Part shown: one piece after another, positions 1-9,750 of the stretch
How positions within the stretch are numbered: position 1 is the first letter of the stretch
How the letters are laid out: each line of letters opens with the position of its first letter
DNA from: Minisyncoccota bacterium
Lineage (GTDB): Bacteria; Patescibacteriota; Minisyncoccia; UBA6257; JAGOQP01
Length of the DNA stretch: 64,000 nucleotides
Direction: 5' to 3'
Assembly (NCBI GenBank): GCA_017991375.1
Contig: JAGOQP010000003.1
Location: 17,525 to 81,524 of the forward strand
Position numbers and translations under genes: made by a program
The notes under the pieces: model-generated
Databases searched by the model: none
What the model was told of the DNA's origin: nothing
Seen by the model: the letters and a program-made list of their open reading frames with translations, nothing else

Positions 1-151
1 GAGATAAAAGTAGTTGTTTTGCGTGAAACCAGGGCAGTCGAGTACGCGAAATAACCGCATAAAAGCTAACTTTTTTGACTAAATAGCATAGCCCTGGCGA
101 AATGTCAGGGTTATGCTTCGTGCGGTAAATGGGGATAACCGCGTATTTCCT

Positions 152-179
152 TGTCTTTTTTTGTATATACAGTATACTT
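152..179 (+). promoter_or_regulatory. candidate sigma70-like promoter upstream of hup (TTGTCT ... TATACT)
   Basis: -35-like and -10-like hexamers with roughly 16-nt spacing about 50 nt upstream of the hup start. Confidence 0.35.
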
Positions 180-226
180 ATTGCATAACAACCAAAAAGG
201 TCGAAGTTGTTAAGAAAATACACAGT

Positions 227-502
227 ATGAAAAAACAAGATTTTACAGAGATTGTAATGAATGCGGCTGGCATTGAAGTAAAGAAAAATGCGGCAGCGGC
301 CGTTGACGCAATTTTTGATACCATTGTCAAAGCATTAGCAAAAGGTGATGAAGTTGCTATCGCGGGGTTTGGAACGTTTCGTGTTGCAAAACGTGCGGCA
401 CGCGAGGGAATTAACCCACGCACTGGAGAAAAAATCCAAATCGCGGCATCGATCAAACCAAAGTTCCGAGCGGCAAAGGCGCTCAAAGAAGCAGTACAAT
501 AA
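227..502 (+). CDS. hup: HU family DNA-binding protein
   Basis: 91-aa product MKKQDFTEIVMNAAGIEVKKNAAAAVDAIFD...GFGTFRVAKRAAREGINPRTGEKIQI, a typical HU/IHF fold signature. The true start is an internal ATG of the 113..502 ORF. Confidence 0.9.
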   Translation: MKKQDFTEIVMNAAGIEVKKNAAAAVDAIFDTIVKALAKGDEVAIAGFGTFRVAKRAAREGINPRTGEKIQIAASIKPKFRAAKALKEAVQ

Positions 503-528
503 CTTTTGATATCAAAGCGATATCGCAA

Positions 529-563
529 CAAAAACGCTTGTGTTCACAGGCGTTTTTGTTTGG
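529..563 (+). terminator. rho-independent terminator after hup
   Basis: Hairpin AACGCTTGTG..CACAGGCGTT followed by a TTTTTGTTT run. Confidence 0.7.
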
Positions 564-596
564 ACTATTTTTAATATAACACTGCCCCTAGCGCGA

Positions 597-635
597 TATA
601 ATATACCCCCCACGTTTTGTGGGGGGTATATTATA
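597..635. repeat. perfect 17-bp inverted repeat with a 5-nt loop
   Basis: TATAATATACCCCCCAC-GTTTT-GTGGGGGGTATATTATA sits between hup and ruvB with no downstream T-tract. Confidence 0.8.
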
Positions 636-968
636 CAGATATAAGAACCTGATTCTGTGGACAACTGTGTGGGTGTTAATCTCTGCGATCATGCAAAGAA
701 TTATAGAATTTTTTAGAGAAATATCGCAGTCAAAACCACAATACCCTTAATGCGTAAAAAAATTCCAAAGTGTGTCCACAGGATCAGGTCCTCATGACGT
801 ACCCCAAGATCTCTTGGGGGAACGGTGAGTGTATACTAGCATAATAAAAGCTCTTTGTCAAGAGCTTGCCGAGCCACGATACTAGTGGGCAGGGCGATTA
901 TGCAAGGGGTTTATCTTGTGCTCATTTTCTGGTACAGTGGGTACCATAGTAATGCAATATGTTCTGTT

Positions 969-1961
969 ATGTCAAGAGTGATTAAAAAACAAGAAGGAGA
1001 GCAAAAAAAAGAAGATGTTTCGTTGGATATATTGCTGCGACCGTCGCGATTTTCCGATTACATCGGTCAAGAAACAATAAAAAACAATATCCGTATCATT
1101 CTTGAAGCCGCAAAACAACGAGAAGAAGTCATGGATCATTTGTTGCTCTACGGTCAGGCGGGGCTCGGGAAGACGACGCTCGCGTCGATTATCGCTAAAG
1201 AGATGAATGCGCACATGCGTGTTACCTCTGGTCCCGTGCTCGAAAAAACGGGCGACCTAGCCGCGCTTCTCTCTACCATTGAAGCGGGAGATATTCTCTT
1301 TATAGACGAAGCGCATCGCATTAATCGCTCAATTGAAGAAATGCTCTATCCAGCAATGGAATCTCGACAACTGCACCTTATTATAGGAAAAGGTCCGGCT
1401 GCGCGCATGATGTCTATTGATCTTCCGCCGTTTACGTTAGTGGCCGCTACCACACGGGTTAATATGCTCTCGGCTCCTTTAAGATCTCGTTTTGGAGGAG
1501 TGTTTCATCTTGATTATTATACGGAAGATGATATGAAGAGGATTATCGAACGTTCGGCAACACTGCTAGGTATTAGTATCGACGAATTAGCGGTTGATAT
1601 ACTCGCGCGCGCGTCACGTTTTACTCCACGTATTGCAAATCGCCTACTCAAACGGGTTCGAGATTTGGCGCAGGTTGCGGGGAAAAATCGAGTTGATGAA
1701 TCAATCGCGCAACAGGCGATGGCGATGTTTGAAATAGATGATTTGGGGCTTGAGGCACACGATAGAAAATTACTCAGAACTATTATAGAAAAATTTGGAG
1801 GTCGCCCAGTTGGTATTGGGGCGCTTGCGGCGGCCATGGAAGAAGATCGAGGTACTATAGAGGACGTCTTTGAGCCATTTCTTCTTAAACTTGGATTGCT
1901 GGCGCGCACCAGTTCTGGACGCGTGGTAACTGAGAAAGGAAGAGAGCACATAGAAAAATAG
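969..1961 (+). CDS. ruvB: Holliday junction branch migration helicase RuvB
   Basis: Walker A GQAGLGKTTLA and DEAHR box, with RuvB C-terminal winged-helix region. The start is taken at the internal ATG (MSRVIKKQ). Confidence 0.9.
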   Translation: MSRVIKKQEGEQKKEDVSLDILLRPSRFSDYIGQETIKNNIRIILEAAKQREEVMDHLLLYGQAGLGKTTLASIIAKEMNAHMRVTSGPVLEKTGDLAALLSTIEAGDILFIDEAHRINRSIEEMLYPAMESRQLHLIIGKGPAARMMSIDLPPFTLVAATTRVNMLSAPLRSRFGGVFHLDYYTEDDMKRIIERSATLLGISIDELAVDILARASRFTPRIANRLLKRVRDLAQVAGKNRVDESIAQQAMAMFEIDDLGLEAHDRKLLRTIIEKFGGRPVGIGALAAAMEEDRGTIEDVFEPFLLKLGLLARTSSGRVVTEKGREHIEK

Positions 1962-1962
1962 A

Positions 1963-3225
1963 ATGAAAAAAATCACAGCCACCACATTCTCAGAAAAAAA
2001 GTTTACGCGGGACTCGTTTACGATTGTCGAGCTGTTAATAGTGGTGGGAATTATTGGAATACTCGCTGTTGCTACCGTTGTAGTGCTCAATCCATTTGAG
2101 TACATAAAAGAATCGCGCGACGCGGTTCGCATAAATGATCTTGAATCTATTAATAAAGCGCTCACTGTTTTGGAAGCTCAGGGACACATATCGTTTGGTG
2201 ATGCTGGAACAGCGTATGTTTCTGTTGCCGACGACGCATCATCAACGTGTGGGTCGCTTGGACTCCCCGCGCTTCCTTTTGGGTATCAGTATCACTGTGT
2301 TTCATCCACGACGTTGCGAAACGTTGATGGAACCGGATGGATTCCTGTTGATTTTCAATCGTCACCTTCCCTTTCATTTTCTTTATTGCCTATTGATCCT
2401 CTAAATACAACATCATCATACTATCTATATATTCCTGGCGGGTCATGGGAATTAAATGCTTTTTTTGAATCACAAAAATACAGATTATCGGGAAACAAAG
2501 ATAAAACTTCAGCTGATGGCGGAGATTCTCTGGGTGTGTATGAAGTCGGTTCAAATAAAACCCTTTCTCCATTGAAAGATAGTGGCTTGATTGGTTATTG
2601 GGATTTTGAAGAAGGATCTGGATCGGTTGTCTATGACAAAACAAACTCTGGTTTTGATGGCACATGGTATGGAACGGGGAGTCATTATGGAACAGGTAAG
2701 GTCGGCGCGTACGCGGGAAAGTTTAATACGCCAACCATAACAAGCGACTATGTGCTACTTCCCAGTGGAATGGCGGCGTCCATTCATGGGGGGACAGAGG
2801 CATCACTTACTATGTGGGTGAAGCTTGATAGTGATATTCCCGATAGTTCTACCAAGCAAGGACTCATTCAATTAAGTGGCTATGGAAGTACTAATGGGTC
2901 TTTTTACCCGTATACCACAGGATTTTTGTATTTAGATATTTTTAGAATAACGAGATTGGGATTCTCTCGTAGTGATTTGTTATCCGATTGGCATTTTCTA
3001 TCGGTGACGACACAGCCAGGGACTAATGGGTGGAAGGTGTATCTTAACGGAAAAATTATTTACCAGTCCACGGGAGAAGCGACTGTCTCCACAAACTATG
3101 CAAACACCACTATTGGGTTAAATAGCGTAAGTCGGCGAACGCTGGGGTTTATCGATGAAGTGCGAGTGTATAATCGTGCGCTTTCTCCCGCTGAAGTTGT
3201 TGGTATATATAACGCGACAAAATAG
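1963..3225 (+). CDS. type IV pilin-like protein with C-terminal LamG (concanavalin-like) domain
   Basis: N-terminus KKFTRDSFTIVELLIVVGIIGILA resembles a prepilin cleavage/methylation motif. The C-terminus GLIGYWDFEEGSGSVVYDKTNSGFDGTWYG...YNRALSPAEV is LamG-like. Confidence 0.75.
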   Translation: MKKITATTFSEKKFTRDSFTIVELLIVVGIIGILAVATVVVLNPFEYIKESRDAVRINDLESINKALTVLEAQGHISFGDAGTAYVSVADDASSTCGSLGLPALPFGYQYHCVSSTTLRNVDGTGWIPVDFQSSPSLSFSLLPIDPLNTTSSYYLYIPGGSWELNAFFESQKYRLSGNKDKTSADGGDSLGVYEVGSNKTLSPLKDSGLIGYWDFEEGSGSVVYDKTNSGFDGTWYGTGSHYGTGKVGAYAGKFNTPTITSDYVLLPSGMAASIHGGTEASLTMWVKLDSDIPDSSTKQGLIQLSGYGSTNGSFYPYTTGFLYLDIFRITRLGFSRSDLLSDWHFLSVTTQPGTNGWKVYLNGKIIYQSTGEATVSTNYANTTIGLNSVSRRTLGFIDEVRVYNRALSPAEVVGIYNATK

Positions 3226-3232
3226 TGTGCTT

Positions 3233-3856
3233 ATGCGCGGAGTTATTATTTCCGAAGTTCTCCCAAATCCATTGGGGACTGACGCGAAAAATGAGTGGAT
3301 AGAATTATACAACGAAGGAGCGCGGGCGATATCGTTATCAGGATGGAGCATTAAAGATAAAAGTGGCAAATCTAGTGTTTTCCAAGAAGGGGATATTATT
3401 GAGTCAAAATCCTTTTTGGTTATTAAAGGAGGTGATATGCGCATCTCACTTAACAATGATGGGGATGCGCTTTTTTTATATGACGATCAAAACAATATAT
3501 GTGATGTATTTGAATATACGCAAAAAGTGGGAGATAACATCTCCGTCATAAAAGAAAGTGGAAGTGTGGTGTTTAGTACTACGGCAACTCCTGGATTTAA
3601 AAATGTGATAACTATCCCAGTAAAAAAAACAAAAACCGCGCAAAAAATAAATCTCACAAAAGAAACATCATATACTTCATCAACGATGCCCGCGCAGATT
3701 ATAAATACTGCCTCAACTTCTGATACGTCTATTATTACAAGCGCGCTTGTGTTGGGGGCGGTGGGTGCGCTCATTTGGTTTTTTCTTCGTAAAAAGATCA
3801 ATGTGGTATATGGTACACGCGTAGAAAAAGACGAAAGACAAGCGGACTCATTTTAA
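3233..3856 (+). CDS. lamin tail domain (LTD) protein with C-terminal membrane anchor
   Basis: IISEVLPNP...EWIELYN...LSGWSIKD matches the LTD motif. The C-terminal hydrophobic helix ALVLGAVGALIWFFLRKK is a likely anchor. Confidence 0.7.
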   Translation: MRGVIISEVLPNPLGTDAKNEWIELYNEGARAISLSGWSIKDKSGKSSVFQEGDIIESKSFLVIKGGDMRISLNNDGDALFLYDDQNNICDVFEYTQKVGDNISVIKESGSVVFSTTATPGFKNVITIPVKKTKTAQKINLTKETSYTSSTMPAQIINTASTSDTSIITSALVLGAVGALIWFFLRKKINVVYGTRVEKDERQADSF

Positions 3857-3916
3857 CCTAGTTTTTAAGATGCTTTTTCGCCTAATACTCATTGAGAAAG
3901 ATACGCTGATCAGCCC

Positions 3917-3946
3917 TTGACTTTTTATGGTGAGTTCCTCTATAAT
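3917..3946 (+). promoter_or_regulatory. strong sigma70-type promoter, likely the rRNA promoter
   Basis: TTGACT, an 18-nt spacer, then TATAAT, roughly 320 nt upstream of the 23S 5' end. Confidence 0.55.
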
Positions 3947-4018
3947 ACGCCCACGATGTATATAACAGTTAGTCTTAAGTGCGGGTGATTCAATGGCGCG
4001 TTTTCATGCGCTTGGGAA

Positions 4019-4046
4019 CATCCGCCGCCTGGGCGGATTTTTGTTT
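4019..4046 (+). terminator. terminator-like hairpin inside the rRNA leader
   Basis: TCCGCC-GCCTG-GGCGGA followed by TTTTTGTTT. It could delimit a short leader RNA or act as an attenuator. Confidence 0.4.
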
Positions 4047-4539
4047 CTAAAAAATCGAGTTTAGGCACTATGCCAGAAGGAGAGAAAAGACCGGACGTTG
4101 AAAATTTCATAAAGCAATGTCAACAAAAACCGTGCTATCAGTGGTAGGGTCTTTTTTACTGATAGCAACGCAGGTAACCTTTTGGATCAGTATGTCTGTT
4201 CCGAAAGGCGAAAAACGCAAAGAGTATTTTTTGCAGTAACGCAAAAAATCGAGCTTAAAAAATTGTGGTTATATTAAGGGCGTATGGTGGATGCCTTGAC
4301 ACTAAATGGCGATGAAGGACGTGGCGTAACTACGAAAACTTCGGGGAGGTGTGTAGCAACCTTTGATCCGGAGGTGTCCGAATGGGGAAACCCAATTGAG
4401 CAACCCTCAATTACTCTGGCCTCGCGCCAGAGTGCGAACCCGCTGAAGTGAAACATCTCAGTAAGCGGAGGAAAGGAGAACGAAGTTATCCCCTTAGTAG
4501 CGGCGAGCGAAACGGGGAAAGCCCAAACCAGATCGGATG

Positions 4540-4720
4540 TCGGACTTTGGGTAGCAGTATTTGGAAATCGGATCTCAGATATAAAACATCTGATATCTGA
4601 AATCCGATATCTGATATCTGAAATCCGATATCTTGATTTGGGGTAGTAAGGCATGTGCGCTATCTTGACTTACGACTTTCTACTGACGACGTATGTTGTT
4701 GGTTGTTAGTCGTTGGTTGG
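4540..4720 (+). repeat. 23S helix-9 region expansion containing tandem 21-nt repeats and a GTTGGTTGTTAG motif
   Basis: TCTGATATCTGAAATCCGATA x2 at 4589-4630, then TGTTGTTGGTTGTTAGTCGTTGGTTGG. The segment sits between the conserved blocks corresponding to E. coli positions about 130-180. Confidence 0.7.
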
Positions 4721-5644
4721 GATGTGGAAGAGTTATAAATTTTTTAGCTAGCCAAACTCCTTGGAACAGGAGACCATAGAGGGCGAACGTCCCGTAGGCG
4801 AAAGCTAAAAAACTCTTTAGCATGTGATCTTGAGTACTTCGAAAAATGAATGTTTCGGAGGAATCTTCCCGCACTATCGGGAAAGGCTAAATACATTTAG
4901 TGATCGATAGCGAACGAGTACCGTGAGGGAAAGGTGAAAAGTAGGCCGGTGAGGCCGATGAAATAGAACCTGAAACCATATGTCTACAAGGAACGGAACC
5001 TCGCAAGAGGAACCGTGTGCCTATTGAAGAATGAACCAACGAGTTTATGTGTATCGCTCGTCTAAGTTCTACGGAACGGAGGCATAGCGAAAGCGAGTCT
5101 TAAAAGGGCGATTATGGCGGTACGCATAAGACCCGAAGCCGGGTGAGCTTGCCGTGGGCAGGATGAAGTTCGTCGAAAGGCGAATGGAGGTCCGAACCGG
5201 TTGGTTGTGCAAAACCTTCGGATGACCCATGGTAAGGAGTGAAAAGCTAATCGAACTCGGTAATAGCTGGTTCTCTCCGAAATAGCTTTAGGGCTAGCGT
5301 CCAGGATTAATGTATGGGGGGTAGAGCTACTGGTTGAGAGGTAAAGGGAGAAATCTCGGCCTTTCGGTCAAACTCCGAATACCCATGCAAATCGCCTGGG
5401 CAGTCAGAACGTGGGGGCTAAGCTCCATGTTCGCGAGGGGAACAGCCCAGATCGTTGTCTAAGGTCCCCAAATCTATGCTCAGTGTAAAAGGTAGTAGTT
5501 TGCCAGAGACAGGTAGGAGGTTGGCTTAGAGGTAGCCATCCTTTAAAGAGTGTGTAACAACTCACTACTAGACGGCCGACTGCGCCGAAAATTTACCGGG
5601 GCTTAAGCATAGTACCGAAGACACGAATGTCAGTGCATTACACA

Positions 5645-6045
5645 AAGTGTTTATAAAAGGTTTTTGGAAACAATGAGAAGGATGTAGAGCAGGAGAAGCT
5701 CAAACGAGAGAGCGCTCACATGGCATGTGAGAGGTTGAGGTTTGAATCCTCACTCCTGCGCCACACCTAAAAATCAATATCGAGAGAGGGGATGTGATCG
5801 TTTAATGGTAAGACGTTCGGCGATCCTTTAGGTCTGTGCTCCCGCGCGGATCAGAGGAATCATCTTCCTCAAGGAGGCCTCCAGGAAGAAGATCTAAGAT
5901 TTGCCGAATATGAGAGTTCGAAGCTCTCGAGCGTCCCCTCTCCCGATCAATAATTGCACACCGTCACGATTATTAGTGGCTAGCCGCACTCTAAAGGTTG
6001 CTAATCTGAATCTGGGTTGGCTCCTTCTCATTGTTTCCAAAAAAT
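5645..6045 (+). other. intervening sequence or intron-like insertion in 23S helix 45
   Basis: About 400 nt are inserted between conserved ..AGTACCGAAG.. and ..GGTAGGAGAGCATTCC... The insertion is closed by a perfect 19-nt inverted repeat, TTTGGAAACAATGAGAAGG at 5663-5681 and CCTTCTCATTGTTTCCAAA at 6021-6039. No credible ORF lies inside. Confidence 0.6.
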
Positions 6046-7554
6046 AAATATTTTGTGTAGTGCATTGACGTGGTAGGAGAGCATTCCAAATGCGCTGAAG
6101 CTTGACCCGTGAGGGCGAGTGGAGTGTTTGGAAGAGAGAATGTTGGTATGAGTAACCACAACCCGCCTGAGAACGGCGGGCCCCGAAAATCCAAGGTTTC
6201 CTTCGCAATGGAAATCAGCGAAGGGTGAGGCGGTCCTAAGGCGATGGCGAAAGCCGGAGCTAATGGATAGTCGGTTAATATTCCGACCCGCCAGTATGAT
6301 TCGATGGAGGGACAAGGTGTTGTACGCGGATCGTCTTAATGGTTTGACGTCCGTGACGCGAGAATCTCTGACTGGCAAATCCGTCAGAGTTCCTTTAATG
6401 GTGCATTCGAGCGTAGCGGCGATGTCTGCTTATGGCGGGCAAAGTTCGCGGAGCACATCTTCGAGAAAAACTTCTAAGGTTAATCATATTGGCACCGTAC
6501 CGTAATCCGACACAGGTGGGTGAGGCGAGAAGCCTCAGGGGAACGAGTGATTCATCCTTAAGGAACTCGGCACAAAAGCGGCCGTAACTTCGGGATAAGG
6601 CCTTCCAGCCCTTTTGGATAATGATCGTGTTATGCGCCGACAAGATAGTGGTATGCTAGTATTTGTCGTGTAACGTTATTATTATCCAAAAGAGCTGGAC
6701 GCAGCGAAAGTCTCTCGGGTGACTGTTTACTAAAGACACAGCTCCCTGCGAACTCGTAAGAGGATGTATAGGGGGTGACGCCTGACCGATGCGAGAAGGT
6801 TAACGGTGCCGGTTGTGCCGCAAGGTACAGCTGAGTGCCCGAAGCCCTCGTCAATGTCAGCGATAACTATAATCGTTCTAAGGTAGCGCAATTCCTTTCC
6901 GGGTAAGTTCCGGAGCGCACGAAAGGCGTAACGACCTGAGAACTGTCTCAAGGATGAGCTCGGTGAAAATGCGATTCCCGTGAAGACGCGGGGTACCTGC
7001 AGCGGGACGAGAAGACCCCAGGAGCTTTACTGTAACTTGATATTGATACTAGGGCTTGGATGCGTAGCGTAGTGGGCAGGCTTTGAAGCCATGCTTTCGG
7101 GCGTGGTGGAGCCGACGATGAAACACCCATCTTTCAAATTTTAGTATCTAACCTCGAGGGCAAAAACCGCGGGGGACAGTGTCTGGTGGGCAGTTTTAAT
7201 GGGGCGTTATCCTCCCAAAAAGTAACGGAGGAGTTTAAAGGTCAGCTTAGTCCGGATGGAAATCGGACTGGACGTGTAAAGGCGTATGCTGGCTTGACGG
7301 CAAGACACACAAGTCGCGCCGACGCGAAAGCGGAACTTAGTGACCCGACGGCAATGTCATGTGTTATTTATAATGCGTGATGCTTCATAGGAAGGCCGGA
7401 GACAACGGATAAAAGCTACCCTGGGGATAACAGGCTGGTGATGCCCGAGCGTCCATAGCGACGGCATCGCTCGGCACCTCGATGTCGGCTCACCCTAGCG
7501 CGGGGCTGGAGAAGGTCCCAAGCGTTTGGCTGTTCGCCAATTAAAAGGGTACGC

Positions 7555-7588
<34 letters not shown>

Positions 7589-7632
7589 CTCTATCTGCTG
7601 CAGGCGTTGACGCTTGAGGGAGGTTGGCTCTA

Positions 7633-8388
7633 GTAAGAAATTGCTACTTTCCCGAGTAATCGGGAATGATAATATGGCTAATAACGGTGAACTCTTAACT
7701 GTTCTGGTTCGTTGATAGCTACAACTACATGTCGGTCCGTTAGTTGTGGTACAATTTACTTGAGGACCAGTAAATTAATTAAGACAATACCGTGGGAAGT
7801 CGATCAAAAACAAATCTAGCTTACATAGCTGGTTTTCTTGATGGCGATGGAAGTCTAATGATGCAAATCAAAAAGCGTACTGACGGAATCAAAAAATTCC
7901 GATTTATGCTCACTATTTGTTTGTATCAAGATTCAAGACATGATAAACCTTTGTGGTGGATCAAAAAACAATTTGGTATCGGGTATATTTCCAAGAGGAA
8001 AGATCATATAACCGAATTGAGAATTAATGGTTTTAAGCAAGTCCGAACTATTCTTGAAGAATTACTTCCGTATATTCGCTTTAAAAGAAAGCAAGCGATT
8101 GAAATAATTAAAGCTGCGCGTATTCTTGAAAATAGAAAGGTTAGTGTCAGGAATACAAAAAAACTTGTTGATTGTATAATTACTATTCAAAAAAACAATT
8201 ATGCGACCAAAAGCAAACGCAGCAAAAGTGAGTTATATAGTGTTTTAGGTTTGACCCCGTAACGACTGATTTCCAATGATATATTGGAATGAAATAGAAA
8301 CTTTTTAGTTTTTATGATATGCCATCCCCCGGCGCTTTGTCGGGGTGAAGATATAGTCTGCGCACGTAGTGATACGTGATATCGTGAC
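7633..8388 (+). mobile_element. group I intron in the 23S rRNA
   Basis: About 755 nt interrupt the universally conserved CTAGTA|CGAGAGGACC sequence. The 23S resumes at ..GACGAGAGGACCGGG at about 8388. The insertion encodes a LAGLIDADG ORF. Confidence 0.75.
7792..8262 (+). CDS. LAGLIDADG homing endonuclease (intron-encoded)
   Basis: Single LAGLIDADG motif LAYIAGFLDGDGS near the N-terminus; 156 aa; located inside the 23S intron. Confidence 0.85.
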   Translation: MGSRSKTNLAYIAGFLDGDGSLMMQIKKRTDGIKKFRFMLTICLYQDSRHDKPLWWIKKQFGIGYISKRKDHITELRINGFKQVRTILEELLPYIRFKRKQAIEIIKAARILENRKVSVRNTKKLVDCIITIQKNNYATKSKRSKSELYSVLGLTP

Positions 8389-8465
8389 GAGAGGACCGGG
8401 CTGAACGAACCTCTGGTCTACCAGCTTTGGTACCAACTGAAGCGCTGGGTAGCTATGTTCGGTCG

Positions 8466-8498
<33 letters not shown>

Positions 8499-8715
8499 CA
8501 TCCCAAGATTAGGCGTCGTAGGATCCTGGAAGATGACCAGGTTGATAGGCTCTCGGTGTACGCATCGTAAGATGTTTAGCCAAGGAGTACTAATAATCCA
8601 TACTGACTACAATTTTTTGAGCGTAACGTTTTTTGCCTTTCAGAGCGGCGTATGCTGCCCTAAAAAGGTGTTGATTATTGCAAAAGGAAGTTTTTATCGT
8701 AACTGCGCGCAATAG

Positions 8716-8830
8716 CTTCCTGGTGATTTATTAGAGCATGTACCACCTCTTCCCATTCCGAACAGAGAAGTGAAAGTGCTCTAACCTGATGGTACTTGGT
8801 TTTCCAGGGAGAGTAGGGTTCGCCGGGATA
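8716..8830 (+). rRNA. rrf: 5S ribosomal RNA
   Basis: CCTGGTG...CCCATTCCGAACAGAGAAGTGAAAG...AGAGTAGGG..GCC matches the 5S consensus. It is flanked by a 13-nt inverted repeat, CTGCGCGCAATAG / CTATTGCGCGCAG, that looks like a processing stem. Confidence 0.9.
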
Positions 8831-8861
8831 CTATTGCGCGCAGTTTTGTTTTGCAATAGCG

Positions 8862-8891
8862 GTTGACATTATTATAAAAGATTGTATATAA
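8862..8891 (+). promoter_or_regulatory. sigma70-type promoter upstream of the 8988 gene
   Basis: TTGACA, 16-18 nt, TATAAT; followed by the hairpin CGCAGATTTT...AAAATCTGCG at 8920-8962 and then the RBS AAAGGAGG. Confidence 0.5.
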
Positions 8892-8987
8892 TACGTTACG
8901 CAAAATGTACTCTATAAAAAATAGTTCCACGCAGATTTTTGGAGGTATTGTCTCTTAAAATCTGCGCGGAACAAAAAGGAGGCGATC

Positions 8988-9389
8988 GTGCCTGAGAAAG
9001 TCGAGTTTTGGGGGAGAGACATAGAGCTCTGGGGACCCGATGACGTCGGGTCTGGTGCCAATGGTAATACTATCTCGATTGGGGAGGCAATTAACCGAGT
9101 GTTGGAGAAAGGATGCGATCCAGTAAGAAGCGGAACATTTAGTATGTTCCGTGGCTCACGTCTTACCGCGGTAATTCGTTTTCAGCTCGTTCAGGCCGCT
9201 GTAAGAGATCGTCAAGAAGAAGATGGGGTTTATGGAATCGTGGAGACACTTGTGCCAAAGCCCACTTTCACTGAGGATGGACAACGGCAGGTTCGACTGA
9301 GTTCATCGGCCACGTACGCTGACCTTCCATTCATCTCGGACCACAGGATTGTGTGCTTTGCTCGGTCAGAGGAAAGGAGTGGACAATGA
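8988..9389 (+). CDS. hypothetical protein (GTG start)
   Basis: Strong RBS AAAGGAGG 7 nt upstream of GTG. 133 aa with no recognisable family and higher GC than its surroundings. Confidence 0.55.
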   Translation: MPEKVEFWGRDIELWGPDDVGSGANGNTISIGEAINRVLEKGCDPVRSGTFSMFRGSRLTAVIRFQLVQAAVRDRQEEDGVYGIVETLVPKPTFTEDGQRQVRLSSSATYADLPFISDHRIVCFARSEERSGQ

Positions 9390-9568
9390 CCAACAACAAA
9401 ACTCCAACGTGGCTTTTGTTCTCTAGCGCGTTATTTTTTGGGTCTTTTTTTGGTGGTATTGTGTGGAAAGTGGCTCAGCAATTGTGGCCAGGGGGAAACA
9501 GGATGTGGATTGGAGGCATCGTTCTACTCGTCTTTCTTTCTGGCGCGGTGATAAAGTATAGGGAATAA
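9386..9568 (+). CDS. small two-helix membrane protein
   Basis: RBS AGGAG precedes the ATG. The ATG overlaps the upstream stop (ATGA). MTNNKTPTWLLFSSALFFGSFFGGIVWK... is hydrophobic. Confidence 0.55.
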   Translation: MTNNKTPTWLLFSSALFFGSFFGGIVWKVAQQLWPGGNRMWIGGIVLLVFLSGAVIKYRE

Positions 9569-9750
9569 AGAAAAAACGACAACGAAAAACACTCTACAAG
9601 TCACTCGGTCCTTCATTAGCTCTCTCGCGCGGCGCGCCACTCGGCTCGCCGTTTTGTTTTATTTGTAATAACTCGTATAATAAACAATATAGCTTCCAAT
9701 CTTTTATCGTAGTTATTAGTTATTGGTTGTGAGTTATTAGTCAATGTTTT

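Noticed and set aside
4589-4630. CRISPR-like array (repeated 21-mers)
   Set aside because: Only two directly abutting copies with no spacers, and they sit inside a 23S rRNA expansion segment.
4274-7380. Multiple ORFs of 60-126 aa on both strands within 4.3-7.4 kb
   Set aside because: They lie inside the 23S rRNA gene and are spurious reading frames through structured RNA.
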